Source of the DNA: Bacteroidaceae bacterium
Lineage (GTDB): Bacteria > Bacteroidota > Bacteroidia > Bacteroidales > Bacteroidaceae
NCBI GenBank assembly: GCA_024401095.1
Contig: JAKSLR010000011.1
Span: 13,684-77,683 of the forward strand
Reading direction: 5' to 3'
DNA length: 64,000 nucleotides
Shown: positions 34,593 through 44,784 of the stretch, piece after piece
Position numbering within the stretch: position 1 is the stretch's first letter
Layout of the letters: each line of letters starts with the position of its first letter
Program-made: the position numbers and the translations under genes
The notes under the pieces: model-generated
Databases searched by the model: none
What the model was told of the DNA's origin: nothing
The model's input: the letters and a program-made list of their open reading frames with translations, nothing else

Positions 34593-34622
34593 GTTTTCTT
34601 TGGAAAAATCAGAAGAAAGGGC

Positions 34623-34630
34623 TATTTTTG
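34623..34630 (+). promoter_or_regulatory. TAnnTTTG box (TATTTTTG)
   Basis: Lies 23 nt upstream of ATG 34653. Confidence 0.45.
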
Positions 34631-34652
34631 CATAAACTCTAAAAACAGAAAC

Positions 34653-35153
34653 ATGAAAAAACTAATTCTTTGCTTTTTGCTCATGATGCCACTAACCGTA
34701 ATGGCACAGAAATTTGGCTACATGAACTACACAAGCGTCTTGAAATCTATGCCAGAATATAATCAGGCAAACCACCAACTTGCTCAGCTAAAAGCTAAAT
34801 ACGATGCAGAAGCAGAGCGAACTGATGCTGAATTTAATAGAAAATACAGTGAATTCTTAGACGGGCAACGAGATTTCCCACAAAATATTCTATTGAAGAG
34901 ACAAAAGGAACTCCAAGACCTCTGTGATAAAGGCGTAGCTTTCAAAGCAGAATGCAATGCCCTGCTCAAAAGCGCTGAGACAGAACTCATGACCCCTGTT
35001 ACCAGCAAACTGAATCTTGCATTAGGTCAAGTCGGTGACGAAATGGCGCTAGAATATATCATTAATACAGAAGGTAAAGAATTCCTATATATCGGCCCTA
35101 ATGGAATTGATATTACCGCAGCAGTTAAAGCTAAATTAGGAATTGGAGAGTAA
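34653..35153 (+). CDS. OmpH/Skp family periplasmic chaperone (second copy)
   Basis: Signal peptide and a coiled coil similar to the preceding gene. Confidence 0.8.
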   Translation: MKKLILCFLLMMPLTVMAQKFGYMNYTSVLKSMPEYNQANHQLAQLKAKYDAEAERTDAEFNRKYSEFLDGQRDFPQNILLKRQKELQDLCDKGVAFKAECNALLKSAETELMTPVTSKLNLALGQVGDEMALEYIINTEGKEFLYIGPNGIDITAAVKAKLGIGE

Positions 35154-36001
35154 TGACAAGATTCAAGCTTCCTCAAACGCCAGGTCCAATCGGCGTTTTT
35201 GATTCCGGCTATGGAGGACTGACCATCTTAAAAAGCATACGAGAGGAGCTCCCCCAATACGATTACATGTATCTAGGGGACAACGCACGTTCTCCCTATG
35301 GTCCGCGTTCTTTTGAGGTAGTCTATGACTTTACATTACAAGCCGTAAACCGCTTGTTCAGCTTAGGATGCCATTTGGTCATCCTAGCTTGCAACACGGC
35401 ATCAGCAAAAGCACTGAGAAGCATTCAACAGAAGGACCTTCCTTATATTGATGCGGATCGCCGAGTTCTAGGTGTAATTCGACCTACCGTGGAAATAATC
35501 GGTGACATAACCCAAAACTTCCATGTTGGCGTATTGGCTACTTCTGGAACAATCAAATCAGAATCATACAATATCGAACTTCAAAAATTCTACCCAGGAA
35601 TAACAGTTACTGGCCAGCCTTGCCCAATGTGGGTTCCTCTGATTGAGAATAATGAATTTCAAAGTGAAGGAGCCGATTTCTTTGTTAAGAAATATATTGA
35701 CCAACTATTAGAAAAAGATGCTGAGATTGATACAATTATATTAGGTTGTACACATTATCCTTTATTAATTGACAAGATACGCAAATATTGTCCAAACCAT
35801 ATAAAACTTATCCCACAAGGAGACTATGTGGCTTCAAGCCTTGCGAAATACTTGAAAAATCATCCTGAGATGGAACAATGCTGTACCAAGGGAGGGAAGT
35901 GCCAATTCCTCACTTCAGAGTCATCAGAAAAGTTTACAGAGAACGCAACAATTTTTCTGAATAAAGAAATACATGCAGAAAAGATAGCTTGGGATTTTTA
36001 A
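35153..36001 (+). CDS. murI: Glutamate racemase
   Basis: VFDSGYGGLT, LACNTAS, GCTHYP. Confidence 0.92.
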   Translation: MTRFKLPQTPGPIGVFDSGYGGLTILKSIREELPQYDYMYLGDNARSPYGPRSFEVVYDFTLQAVNRLFSLGCHLVILACNTASAKALRSIQQKDLPYIDADRRVLGVIRPTVEIIGDITQNFHVGVLATSGTIKSESYNIELQKFYPGITVTGQPCPMWVPLIENNEFQSEGADFFVKKYIDQLLEKDAEIDTIILGCTHYPLLIDKIRKYCPNHIKLIPQGDYVASSLAKYLKNHPEMEQCCTKGGKCQFLTSESSEKFTENATIFLNKEIHAEKIAWDF

Positions 36002-36069
36002 TAATTCTTTTTTACACCCTTAAAAAGCACTTTTATTCTGATAAATTTGGAACTTTTAGCATAGAATCC

Positions 36070-36077
36070 TATATTTG
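36070..36077 (+). promoter_or_regulatory. TAnnTTTG box (TATATTTG)
   Basis: Lies 28 nt upstream of ATG 36105. The box overlaps the TTG that the ORF track used as a start. Confidence 0.45.
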
Positions 36078-36104
36078 CGTGTTGGAATAAGTAAGTTTAC
36101 TTTA

Positions 36105-36956
36105 ATGACACTGAAAAGTATATCTTTTTTATTTATTTCTTTAGGCATTTTTTGTGCATGCAATGGAGATTCAGCTCAGTTACAAACTGAGTTGGAAAGC
36201 CTACGTTCGCAAGTTAACGAGCAAGCAAACCAGATTAAGAGCTATGATGATTTTGTGAATCTCGTGAACACTGCTATGGACAGCATAGTCATGGCAGATG
36301 GAAGCTTTATCCTAGGAGATAAGCCGGGCACAACAAGAGAGCAAATCAGAAGTAACCTCAATGCCTATGAAGAAACTTTAAAAAGATATCGCATCCGTAT
36401 AGAAGAGCTTACAAAGCAACTAGATTTAGTGAACTCTGCTCAGGCTGCAAATATGAAGAAAGCTATTGCAAAGATTACAGATCAACTAACAACCAAACAA
36501 CAAGAAATTGCAAACTTGAGAAATTTAATTGACAACAAAAATGTCAATATTGCACAACTTCAGAATAAAGTAGAAAAGCTAGGACAGAATATAACTGAGC
36601 TGACAGATGCTAACAGAAAACAAAACGAAGATCTTAGAGCTCAAGACGCAAAACTGAACGAAGCCTATTTCATTATCGGCAGCAAAAAAGAGCTGAAAGA
36701 CTCCGGAATCCTAAGCAAAGGAAATCTTTTATCTAAAAGTAAAGTTGACCTTAGCAACACAGAGCTAAGTAAATTCACAAAAATAGATATTCGAGATCAG
36801 AAGACATTCCACATTCCAAGCAAGAATGCCAAAATCATGACAACAGTTCCACCAGGTTCTTATACTATGGATATTTCTGGAAACAGTTGTACACTTACCG
36901 TTATAGATACGAACAAGTTCTGGAGCGTAAACAGATATCTAGTTATCCAGTATTAA
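36105..36956 (+). CDS. Coiled-coil lipoprotein, hypothetical (start trimmed to MTLKSISF)
   Basis: Lipobox IFCAC; long heptad-like Q/E/K/L region. Confidence 0.6.
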   Translation: MTLKSISFLFISLGIFCACNGDSAQLQTELESLRSQVNEQANQIKSYDDFVNLVNTAMDSIVMADGSFILGDKPGTTREQIRSNLNAYEETLKRYRIRIEELTKQLDLVNSAQAANMKKAIAKITDQLTTKQQEIANLRNLIDNKNVNIAQLQNKVEKLGQNITELTDANRKQNEDLRAQDAKLNEAYFIIGSKKELKDSGILSKGNLLSKSKVDLSNTELSKFTKIDIRDQKTFHIPSKNAKIMTTVPPGSYTMDISGNSCTLTVIDTNKFWSVNRYLVIQY

Positions 36957-36962
36957 TAGAAT

Positions 36963-36998
36963 AAAAAAATCTCCTTCAAAACTGAAGGAGATTTTTTT
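36963..36998. terminator. Bidirectional rho-independent terminator
   Basis: A-run, then ATCTCCTTCA-AAAC-TGAAGGAGAT, then T-run, between convergent genes. Confidence 0.8.
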
Positions 36999-37818
36999 AT
37001 TTCAAATGGTTTGCAAGGAAACCGACTGCAGTCTCTACAGCCTTTGCCTGATTGTGACTGAATCCATGATCCTCACCTTCCATTATATGAAGTTCACTGT
37101 TTTTGTACTCACGATGATAGCAAAGACCAAAAGTATAAGGAACCACAGTATCTGCTGTCCCGTGAAGAACACAGACAGGTCCCATATACTGGCAAGCAGT
37201 TTCGTAAATAGGCAAGACCTGAGCTGTTTTTATATATTCACGACCTAGTTTGAATGGGCCAAACATCTCTACATACTCTGGTGGATCGGCAGGATTATAG
37301 GTCTCTCCCATAGTACTTCCACGAAGAGCATCTTCGCGTAATACAGCGGCTGGAGCCATCAATACTGCGCATTTTATGGCAGCCGTACCTAGTTCACCTG
37401 CTACCATACTTGCCACTACACCACCCTGAGAATGGCCTAAAACAGAAATAGAAGCACAATAATCCTGCGCCTTTGCGTATTCAATGACTTTCTTTGCATC
37501 TTCAATTTCATTCAGCACGGTCATGTTTACAAACTGCCCTTCGCTTTCTCCATGACCATTAAAATCAAAACGTATGGAAGCAATACCCTTCTTCTCCAGA
37601 TTATCAGCAATGTCCTTTAGCATACCCTTTTCATCGGCTTTATTTCCCATAAAACCATGCATTAAAAGAACTACAGGACACTTTTCACCAGTTCTCAAGA
37701 CAGGTTTTTGAACGATAGCGGATAGTTTTCCAACAGACCCCTGCAGCTGAATTTTTTCTACAGAAGCAAATGCCTGTCCACAAAGGAACAGGCATATTGC
37801 AAATATCAGATTTCTCAT
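36997..37818 (-). CDS. Secreted alpha/beta hydrolase (serine esterase/peptidase fold)
   Basis: Signal peptide, HGFMGNK, GHSQGG nucleophile elbow. Confidence 0.8.
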   Translation of the reverse strand: MRNLIFAICLFLCGQAFASVEKIQLQGSVGKLSAIVQKPVLRTGEKCPVVLLMHGFMGNKADEKGMLKDIADNLEKKGIASIRFDFNGHGESEGQFVNMTVLNEIEDAKKVIEYAKAQDYCASISVLGHSQGGVVASMVAGELGTAAIKCAVLMAPAAVLREDALRGSTMGETYNPADPPEYVEMFGPFKLGREYIKTAQVLPIYETACQYMGPVCVLHGTADTVVPYTFGLCYHREYKNSELHIMEGEDHGFSHNQAKAVETAVGFLANHLK

Positions 37819-37821
37819 AAA

Positions 37822-40092
37822 TTACTTCAACTCAAATGCCACGGTTGACTTGATGTCCTGTGATGAAGCACCTACCAGTACATTGAAGGTACCTGGCTCT
37901 GCTACCCATGCCTTCTTGGTATCATCGTAGTAGCTCAGTGCGCTCTTGTCCAGGGTTACGCTTACGTTGACAGTCTCACCTGGCTTGATAGAAACCTTCT
38001 TGAAGCCCTTAAGCTCCTTCATTGGGCGAACCAGTGAAGACTGAACATCCTGTACATAGAACTGAACAACCTCCTTACCCTCACGTGCACCAGTATTGGT
38101 TACAGGGATAGTAACGGTTACCTTACCATTGGCAGTGATTTCTTTCTGATCTACAGTAGCCTTACCGTAGCTGAAGGTAGTATAGCTCAGGCCATGACCG
38201 AATGGGAATGTTGGCTTCAGGTTGTTCTTATCAATGTAACGATAACCCACGAACAGACCCTCGTTATATTTCATGTCATAAACAGGAACTTCATGACCAA
38301 AGAACTGACCCTTAACGGTAGGGCTTACTGTACCAGGATATTCGCCCTCTGCATGTGCACCACACTGATCCAGTGTTGCATAGTAAGTGAATGGCAAGTG
38401 ACCACTTGGATTTACATCGCCCATGAGCACATCAGCCAAGGAATTACCAGCCTCGCTACCCAGATACCAGTCCTGAACAATGGCAGGAACGTTCTTTACC
38501 CAAGGCATTTCTACAGCATTACCAGAAACAATGACTACAGCCAGCTTCTTGGTAACAGCTGCAAGGGCGTTGATTACAGCATCCTGGTTGTATGGCAATG
38601 CCAAATGCTCACGGTCAGCACCCTCAGCATCCTGATGATCAGCCTTGTTCAAACCACCGATGAAGAGCACGATGTCTGCAGTCTTTGCAGCCTCAACAGC
38701 ATCGGCAATCATCTTCTCTGGAGTACGGTCGTCCTTCAGGTTCTGACCAGTTACTACACCATTGTACTCGCCACCGGCATCACCCAGGTAACCACGCTCA
38801 TAAACCACCTCAGCAGCGTTACCCACGCGTGCCTTGATACCATCGAGCAACAGTACCTCGTGCTGAGCCTTCAGTGAAGAAGAGCCACCACCTACGGTCA
38901 TCATCTTGATAGCGTTCTCACCTACTACCAGAATCTTTTTGGTCTTGTTCAAGTCGATAGGCAACAGCTTAGGCTGCTTCTTTGCAGGAGCATCATTCTT
39001 GAGCAGTACAATACCGTTCTGACCGATGGTACGAGCTGCAGAGATGTGTGCCTCGCTGTTGATAGAACCGAATGGACGGTTAGGATTCATACCGGTGCGG
39101 AAGATCATGCGAAGAATACGTGAACACTTGTCGTTCAACTCATCGGTACCAATCTTACCCTGCTGGATCAAATCCATGTAAGGCTGAGCCATGAAATAGC
39201 TGTCGTACACGTTCTTAGGACCACCGCTCAAACCATTGGTCCAAGAGCCATATTCCAGGTCAAGACCACCCTTTATGGTGCCTTCTGTGTTATGCACAGC
39301 ACCCCAATCGGAGATCACAACACCATCAAAGCCCCACTCCTTCTTCAGAACCTGGTTTAACAGATAGTCGTTCTCAGACAGCCACTTGCCACCATAGAGG
39401 TTGTATGAACACATGATAGACCAAGTGCCACCCTCCTGAACTGCAGCCTTGAATGCAGGCAGATAGATTTCGCGTAATGTACGCTCATCCAAGATAGGGT
39501 TGGTATTGTTACGGTTCAACTCATTGTTGTTCAGTGCATAGTGTTTTACACAAGTAGCCACACCATTTGCCTGTACACCTTTTACATAAGGTACTACCAT
39601 CTGGCTTGACAGGTATGGATCCTCACCCATGTACTCAAAGTTACGGCCATTCAGAGGAGTACGGTAGATGTTAACACCAGGACCCAGCAATACGGTCTTG
39701 TTACGGAAGCGTGCCTCCTCACCGATGCTCTTGCCATAGAGGGCAGACATCTCAGGATCCCAAGTAGCAGCCAAACAGGTCAAAGCAGGGAAAGCAGTGA
39801 TAGAGTCATTAGTCCATCCAGCCTGATCCCACTCATCCCAAAGCACTTCGGTACGAATACCGTGAGGGCCATCAGTGGTCCATACCTCAGGAATACCCAA
39901 GCGAGGTACACCTGGAGAACTGAACTTACTCTGAGCGTGGATCATGTTAATCTTCTCACGCAAAGTCATACGGGAGAGCGCATCCTTTACACGCTCCTCG
40001 ATAGGCTTGGCATTGTCCAGATAAACTGGAGTCTGTGCCATTGCAGTAGAGGCCATGGCCAATACAGCTGCAAATAAAATTGTTTTCTTCAT
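37822..40092 (-). CDS. bglX: Glycoside hydrolase family 3 beta-glucosidase
   Basis: VISDWGAV nucleophile motif, KHYALNN, signal peptide, 756 aa. Confidence 0.9.
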   Translation of the reverse strand: MKKTILFAAVLAMASTAMAQTPVYLDNAKPIEERVKDALSRMTLREKINMIHAQSKFSSPGVPRLGIPEVWTTDGPHGIRTEVLWDEWDQAGWTNDSITAFPALTCLAATWDPEMSALYGKSIGEEARFRNKTVLLGPGVNIYRTPLNGRNFEYMGEDPYLSSQMVVPYVKGVQANGVATCVKHYALNNNELNRNNTNPILDERTLREIYLPAFKAAVQEGGTWSIMCSYNLYGGKWLSENDYLLNQVLKKEWGFDGVVISDWGAVHNTEGTIKGGLDLEYGSWTNGLSGGPKNVYDSYFMAQPYMDLIQQGKIGTDELNDKCSRILRMIFRTGMNPNRPFGSINSEAHISAARTIGQNGIVLLKNDAPAKKQPKLLPIDLNKTKKILVVGENAIKMMTVGGGSSSLKAQHEVLLLDGIKARVGNAAEVVYERGYLGDAGGEYNGVVTGQNLKDDRTPEKMIADAVEAAKTADIVLFIGGLNKADHQDAEGADREHLALPYNQDAVINALAAVTKKLAVVIVSGNAVEMPWVKNVPAIVQDWYLGSEAGNSLADVLMGDVNPSGHLPFTYYATLDQCGAHAEGEYPGTVSPTVKGQFFGHEVPVYDMKYNEGLFVGYRYIDKNNLKPTFPFGHGLSYTTFSYGKATVDQKEITANGKVTVTIPVTNTGAREGKEVVQFYVQDVQSSLVRPMKELKGFKKVSIKPGETVNVSVTLDKSALSYYDDTKKAWVAEPGTFNVLVGASSQDIKSTVAFELK

Positions 40093-40141
40093 AAGGTTAT
40101 TGTTAGATTATATATGAATTCATTATCTACAGAATCAACGG

Positions 40142-40149
40142 CAAATATA
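40142..40149 (-). promoter_or_regulatory. TAnnTTTG box (TATATTTG, minus strand)
   Basis: Lies 50 nt upstream of ATG 40092. Confidence 0.4.
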
Positions 40150-40186
40150 GAGAAAAAACTCCAATTAGCCAATTTCATCTACACAA

Positions 40187-40215
40187 TAAAAAAGGCTGGA
40201 GTACAAACCCCAGCC
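40187..40215 (-). terminator. Rho-independent terminator downstream of the Na/Pi transporter gene
   Basis: GGCTGG..CCAGCC hairpin followed by a T-run on the minus strand. Confidence 0.6.
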
Positions 40216-40237
40216 TAATCTTATTCATTTATTACCT

Positions 40238-41953
40238 TTACTGCTTCTTTTCCTTGGTATCAGTACGAGCTTCAACTACATTTACAACATAATCACCCAA
40301 CTTCTCGCATTCGTTGATGATATCCATATAGTAAACACCCATCTGATAATTATACAAGCCATTGGTTACGTCAACCACATTCTGTTGTTTCAGTTTCTTA
40401 CGCAGGTTATTAATCTCAGTCTCCACATTATAAGACTGCATGGCATCTGCCCAAAGACCTGTTGTAAGAACCTTGATCATCTGAAGCAAAGATTCGTTGG
40501 TTAACTTAAACATTTCAGCAATATGCTCATTCTGAGAATCGATGAAATTATCCTTTTCCAGATTCTTATGATTAAACGAACGTGCCAAATTGAAGCAACT
40601 ATCACCAATACTTTCAATCTCAGAAACCTCACGAAGCATAGCACGGATTTTTATCTTGGTTTCAGAACTCAAACGACCATCCAAAACATTGTTCAAGTAA
40701 TTACCTATCTCTATTTCCATACTATCGCTTATGCCTTCATACTTTTCTATACGAGCATACAGCTTATCAAACTCTTTCTCATCGGTAGTAGTTGCTAATT
40801 CCTGAACCAAGCCAAACATGCGCTGAGTACGATCTGCAAAATGATTAAGCTCTTTACGTGCCTCCAAAATAGAAAGCTCCGCAGTGCTCATGATACCGCC
40901 AGTAATGAAACGCAGACGGAAATCCTCGTCCTCGTCGTTGGCCTGAGTAGGGAACACACGGCTAACCAGCTTTTCGATAGGTTTGATGAACCAAATCAAG
41001 ATGAGCACGTTACATACGTTGAATGCGGTGTGGAAGGTAGGCAGCACGAAATTCAGCAAATCTGCATGTGACTGAGCATAAGCTGCATCGGTAGAAGCCA
41101 GCACTGCATCATAGCCCACAAGGCCGCAGACTGCATTCACAAAGAACTTGAAGATACACAAGATCCAAAGCACACCAAATACATTGAATACCATGTGAGC
41201 CAATGCAGCACAACGCGCTTGCGAATTACCGGTAGATGCCGCAATATTTGAAGTTACAGTGGTACCAATATTTTCACCCATTACCAACGCGATACCCTGA
41301 TAGATAGGAAGTGCACCGCTGGAACAGAGAATCATGGTAATAGCCATTACTGCAGCAGAAGACTGCACACACATAGTCAAGATACCACCCAACAGCAAGA
41401 ACAGTAAGGTGCTACCAAAACCCCAATGTCCGGTCTTTTCGAAGAAGTCAAGAACTGCTTGGTTATGACCTAAATCCATATCTGCAGCATTGCTTCTTAA
41501 TGTGGCAAGACCCAAGAAAAGGAAACAGAGTCCAAATACAAACTCACCTCCACTCTTTTTTCCGCTACTCTTGGAATAGATCAGAATAATACCTAAGATG
41601 AAACATGGGAACACAATGTCTCCCATATTGAAATTGAAACCGGCCGACATAATCCACGCTGTCAAGGTTGTACCGATATTAGCACCCATGATAACGGAAA
41701 TTGCCTGAGCTAATGTAAGCAAACCAGCATTAACGAAACTAACCGTCATTACGGTGGTTGCTGTAGAACTTTGAACTGCTGCGGTAACAAATGCACCTGT
41801 CAGCAAACCGGTCACTCTGTTGGTGGTCATAGCACCCAAGACGTGGCGCAACTGTGGACCAGCCATTTTCTGCAAACCCTCGGACATGACCTTCATACCA
41901 TACATCAGTAAGGACAGAGATCCAAGAAGTTTTAAAAATACATAAATAGACAT
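40238..41953 (-). CDS. Na/Pi cotransporter family protein with PhoU-like C-terminal domain (start trimmed to MSIYVFLK)
   Basis: Duplicated GANIGTT/GENIGTT motifs. The trimmed start removes the overlap with the divergent gene. Confidence 0.85.
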   Translation of the reverse strand: MSIYVFLKLLGSLSLLMYGMKVMSEGLQKMAGPQLRHVLGAMTTNRVTGLLTGAFVTAAVQSSTATTVMTVSFVNAGLLTLAQAISVIMGANIGTTLTAWIMSAGFNFNMGDIVFPCFILGIILIYSKSSGKKSGGEFVFGLCFLFLGLATLRSNAADMDLGHNQAVLDFFEKTGHWGFGSTLLFLLLGGILTMCVQSSAAVMAITMILCSSGALPIYQGIALVMGENIGTTVTSNIAASTGNSQARCAALAHMVFNVFGVLWILCIFKFFVNAVCGLVGYDAVLASTDAAYAQSHADLLNFVLPTFHTAFNVCNVLILIWFIKPIEKLVSRVFPTQANDEDEDFRLRFITGGIMSTAELSILEARKELNHFADRTQRMFGLVQELATTTDEKEFDKLYARIEKYEGISDSMEIEIGNYLNNVLDGRLSSETKIKIRAMLREVSEIESIGDSCFNLARSFNHKNLEKDNFIDSQNEHIAEMFKLTNESLLQMIKVLTTGLWADAMQSYNVETEINNLRKKLKQQNVVDVTNGLYNYQMGVYYMDIINECEKLGDYVVNVVEARTDTKEKKQ

Positions 41954-42011
41954 ACTAGGTATTAGAAATTTTAGTAATTTAGCGGCATAACCCCGAAATA
42001 AATCAGCAATT

Positions 42012-43673
42012 ATGTCAGATTTCTTACGAATTCGTTGCAAAAATAATAAAAAAACTAAAAACATTGCTATCGGAAGCACACTTTTAGAAGCATACCATGA
42101 ATTTAATTTAAACTTTCCTTATGGGCCATGTAGCGCAAAAGTAAACAACAAGGTAGAAGGATTGGGATTTCGACTGTATCACAACAAAGATGTAGAATTC
42201 CTTGACATAACTTCAGAGAGCGGAATGCGGACCTATACCAGAACCTTGCTTTTCATCTTGTGCAAGGCTGCCAAGGACCTCTATCCAGAAATAAAGATTC
42301 GTACCAGAGCCAGTATCTCGCGTGGTCTGTATCTCTCTGCCAGCATGAAACAGGAAATCTGTTCCGAAGCCGTTGAAAGGATCAAAAGCCGAATGGTGGA
42401 GATTATCAAGGCAGACATTCCATTTCACCGTCATGAAATCCCTACAGAAGAAGCCATTGACCTATTTGCAGAACGGGGAGATGAAAGCAAGGTTCGGTTA
42501 CTGCAGAGCCAAGGAAGCCTTTATACCACTTATCAAGAGCTTGACGGCATGCCGGATTACTTCTATGGTTCCATTCTACCTTCTACAGGATACATCCACC
42601 TATTTGACCTTGTGAAATACGACAACGGAATGCTATTACGTATTCCCAACCGTCAAAACCCAAGTATTCTGGAAGAATTTGCCGAAGAACCTAAATTACT
42701 CCGGGTTTTCCAAGAAAGACACCATCTGCAGGAAGTGCTGGGCCTGTCAACCGTAGGCGACTTCAATCTAGCATGCAAAATGGGCCATGCTGTAGATCTC
42801 ATAAACGTAGCAGAAGCGCTTCAAGAAAAAACAATTGCAAACATCGCCGACGAGATTACGAGAAGAGGAAATGTCAAGATTGTTCTCATTGCAGGTCCTT
42901 CTTCCAGCGGAAAGACCACATTTAGCAAACGCCTTTCCGTACAGCTTATGGCCAACGGCATGTATCCTTATCCCATCTCACTAGATGACTACTATGCTCC
43001 CCGAACCCGTGTGCCAAAAGATGAGAATGGAGAATATGATTATGAGTCGCTCCATGCATTAGACCTGGATTTCTTCAATCTGCAGTTGAATCAACTTCTT
43101 AAAGGAGAAGAAATAGAATTACCTAAATATTTCTTCAATTCCGAAGGACACCTACCTAGTGGGAAAAAACTTAAGATGACACCGAACATGGTACTCATCC
43201 TGGAAGGTATTCATGGCTTGAACCCAGATTTGATTCCTGATATTCCACAGGAATCCGTATTCAAGATATTTATCTCCGCCCTGACTACCATTTCGTTGGA
43301 TGACCACAACTACATTCCACCGTCAGACAACAGACTATTGCGAAGAATACTTCGAGACTACAAATACCGCAACACACCAGCCCAAGACACCATCAAACGA
43401 TGGCCAAGTGTGCGTGCTGGTGAAGATAAATGGATTTTTCCTTTCCAAGAGAATGCTGACGCCATGTTTAATTCAGCCCTCTTGTTTGAATTAGCCATCA
43501 TCAAAGACAAAATCATACCTGTCCTGGAGCAAGTTACAGAACGCTCTCCTGAATATTCAGAAGTTTATAGATTACGTAAATTCCTGATGTATTTCAACTC
43601 CGTTAGTGACAAGGATATTCCTCCTACCTCTCTCTTAAGAGAATTTATGGGAGGTAGTTCATTTGAATACTGA
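42012..43673 (+). CDS. Uridine/nucleoside kinase family protein with an N-terminal TGS-like extension
   Basis: GPSSSGKTTFSKRL P-loop in the C-terminal half; 553 aa. Confidence 0.65.
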   Translation: MSDFLRIRCKNNKKTKNIAIGSTLLEAYHEFNLNFPYGPCSAKVNNKVEGLGFRLYHNKDVEFLDITSESGMRTYTRTLLFILCKAAKDLYPEIKIRTRASISRGLYLSASMKQEICSEAVERIKSRMVEIIKADIPFHRHEIPTEEAIDLFAERGDESKVRLLQSQGSLYTTYQELDGMPDYFYGSILPSTGYIHLFDLVKYDNGMLLRIPNRQNPSILEEFAEEPKLLRVFQERHHLQEVLGLSTVGDFNLACKMGHAVDLINVAEALQEKTIANIADEITRRGNVKIVLIAGPSSSGKTTFSKRLSVQLMANGMYPYPISLDDYYAPRTRVPKDENGEYDYESLHALDLDFFNLQLNQLLKGEEIELPKYFFNSEGHLPSGKKLKMTPNMVLILEGIHGLNPDLIPDIPQESVFKIFISALTTISLDDHNYIPPSDNRLLRRILRDYKYRNTPAQDTIKRWPSVRAGEDKWIFPFQENADAMFNSALLFELAIIKDKIIPVLEQVTERSPEYSEVYRLRKFLMYFNSVSDKDIPPTSLLREFMGGSSFEY

Positions 43674-44699
43674 CAAGACATGGGAAACAGCCTGCCGGAT
43701 ATTTTGAGCAGCAATCTCTGGATTCATTGCCTCAGCTAGCGACATGCCTGCTGGGGTAACTTGAATAATCTCATGAAATCCAAGAGATTCCAGTTCTTCA
43801 CAAGTCTCAACTTTTCCTGCTATCAAAACAACAGGAATTCCGGCCTTCTTGGCACGAGAAAGAACGCCAACCGGTGTTTTACCCTTTGGAGTCTGAAAAT
43901 CACTTTTACCCTCTCCCGTGATGACTAAGTCTGCATCAAGCAGAAGATCTGTGAAACGAATAGCATCCAAAACCATTTCTACCCCAGGAACCAACTTTGC
44001 ATGCATGAAAGAAGCAAAAGCGCCACCCAATCCGCCCGCTGCTCCCGCACCAGGCATATCAGAGACATCCACACCCGTACGCTCCAAGATTTCCTTAGCA
44101 TACTCCTTTAACTGTAAGTCTAATATTTCAACATCCTCCAAACTGGCACCTTTTTGAGGGCCAAATACACGACTTGCCCCATTGGGTCCCACGAAAGGTG
44201 TATCCACATCACAAGCTACCGTAAATGATTTCTCTGCTACAGCGTCTAGAAATCCAGGAACAGACAGCATACCACGTCCACCATCGTTAGTGGCACTGCC
44301 GCCCAATCCTATCAAGAAACGATTACATCCCCTATGTATCGCATCCAGAATGAGCTCACCTACGCCATAAGTGTTGGTTTGCCGAGGGTTTCGCTCTTCT
44401 GGCTTCAACAACGTTAACCCACAAGCTGCAGCTACTTCAATAATAGCCAGATCACCAGCAACCCCATATTTAGCTAAGACAGGCCTCCTTAATGGGTCAG
44501 AGACACGTGCATACACCATTGATCCACCCAAAGCCTCAGTAACAGCATCCACAGTTCCCTCTCCGCCATCTGCAACATTCACCTTGACGACTTCTGCCTT
44601 TGGCAGACTTTTCAAAACTGCTTTTTCCACAGCATCTGCCACTTGAGCAGAACTTAGAGAGCCCTTAAAAGAATCTGATGCCACAACTATCTTTCTCAT
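43659..44699 (-). CDS. Glycerate kinase
   Basis: MRKIVVASDSFKGSLSS N-terminus; ITGEGKSDFQT. Confidence 0.85.
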   Translation of the reverse strand: MRKIVVASDSFKGSLSSAQVADAVEKAVLKSLPKAEVVKVNVADGGEGTVDAVTEALGGSMVYARVSDPLRRPVLAKYGVAGDLAIIEVAAACGLTLLKPEERNPRQTNTYGVGELILDAIHRGCNRFLIGLGGSATNDGGRGMLSVPGFLDAVAEKSFTVACDVDTPFVGPNGASRVFGPQKGASLEDVEILDLQLKEYAKEILERTGVDVSDMPGAGAAGGLGGAFASFMHAKLVPGVEMVLDAIRFTDLLLDADLVITGEGKSDFQTPKGKTPVGVLSRAKKAGIPVVLIAGKVETCEELESLGFHEIIQVTPAGMSLAEAMNPEIAAQNIRQAVSHVLSVFK

Positions 44700-44761
44700 G
44701 TCTTTTACAGATATGCATTATTTTTGAGATACAAAGATAATTTATTTCCAATAAATTGCTT

Positions 44762-44769
44762 TATCTTTG
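44762..44769 (+). promoter_or_regulatory. TAnnTTTG box (TATCTTTG)
   Basis: Lies 16 nt upstream of ATG 44785. Confidence 0.45.
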
Positions 44770-44784
44770 CACAAAATAAGAAAC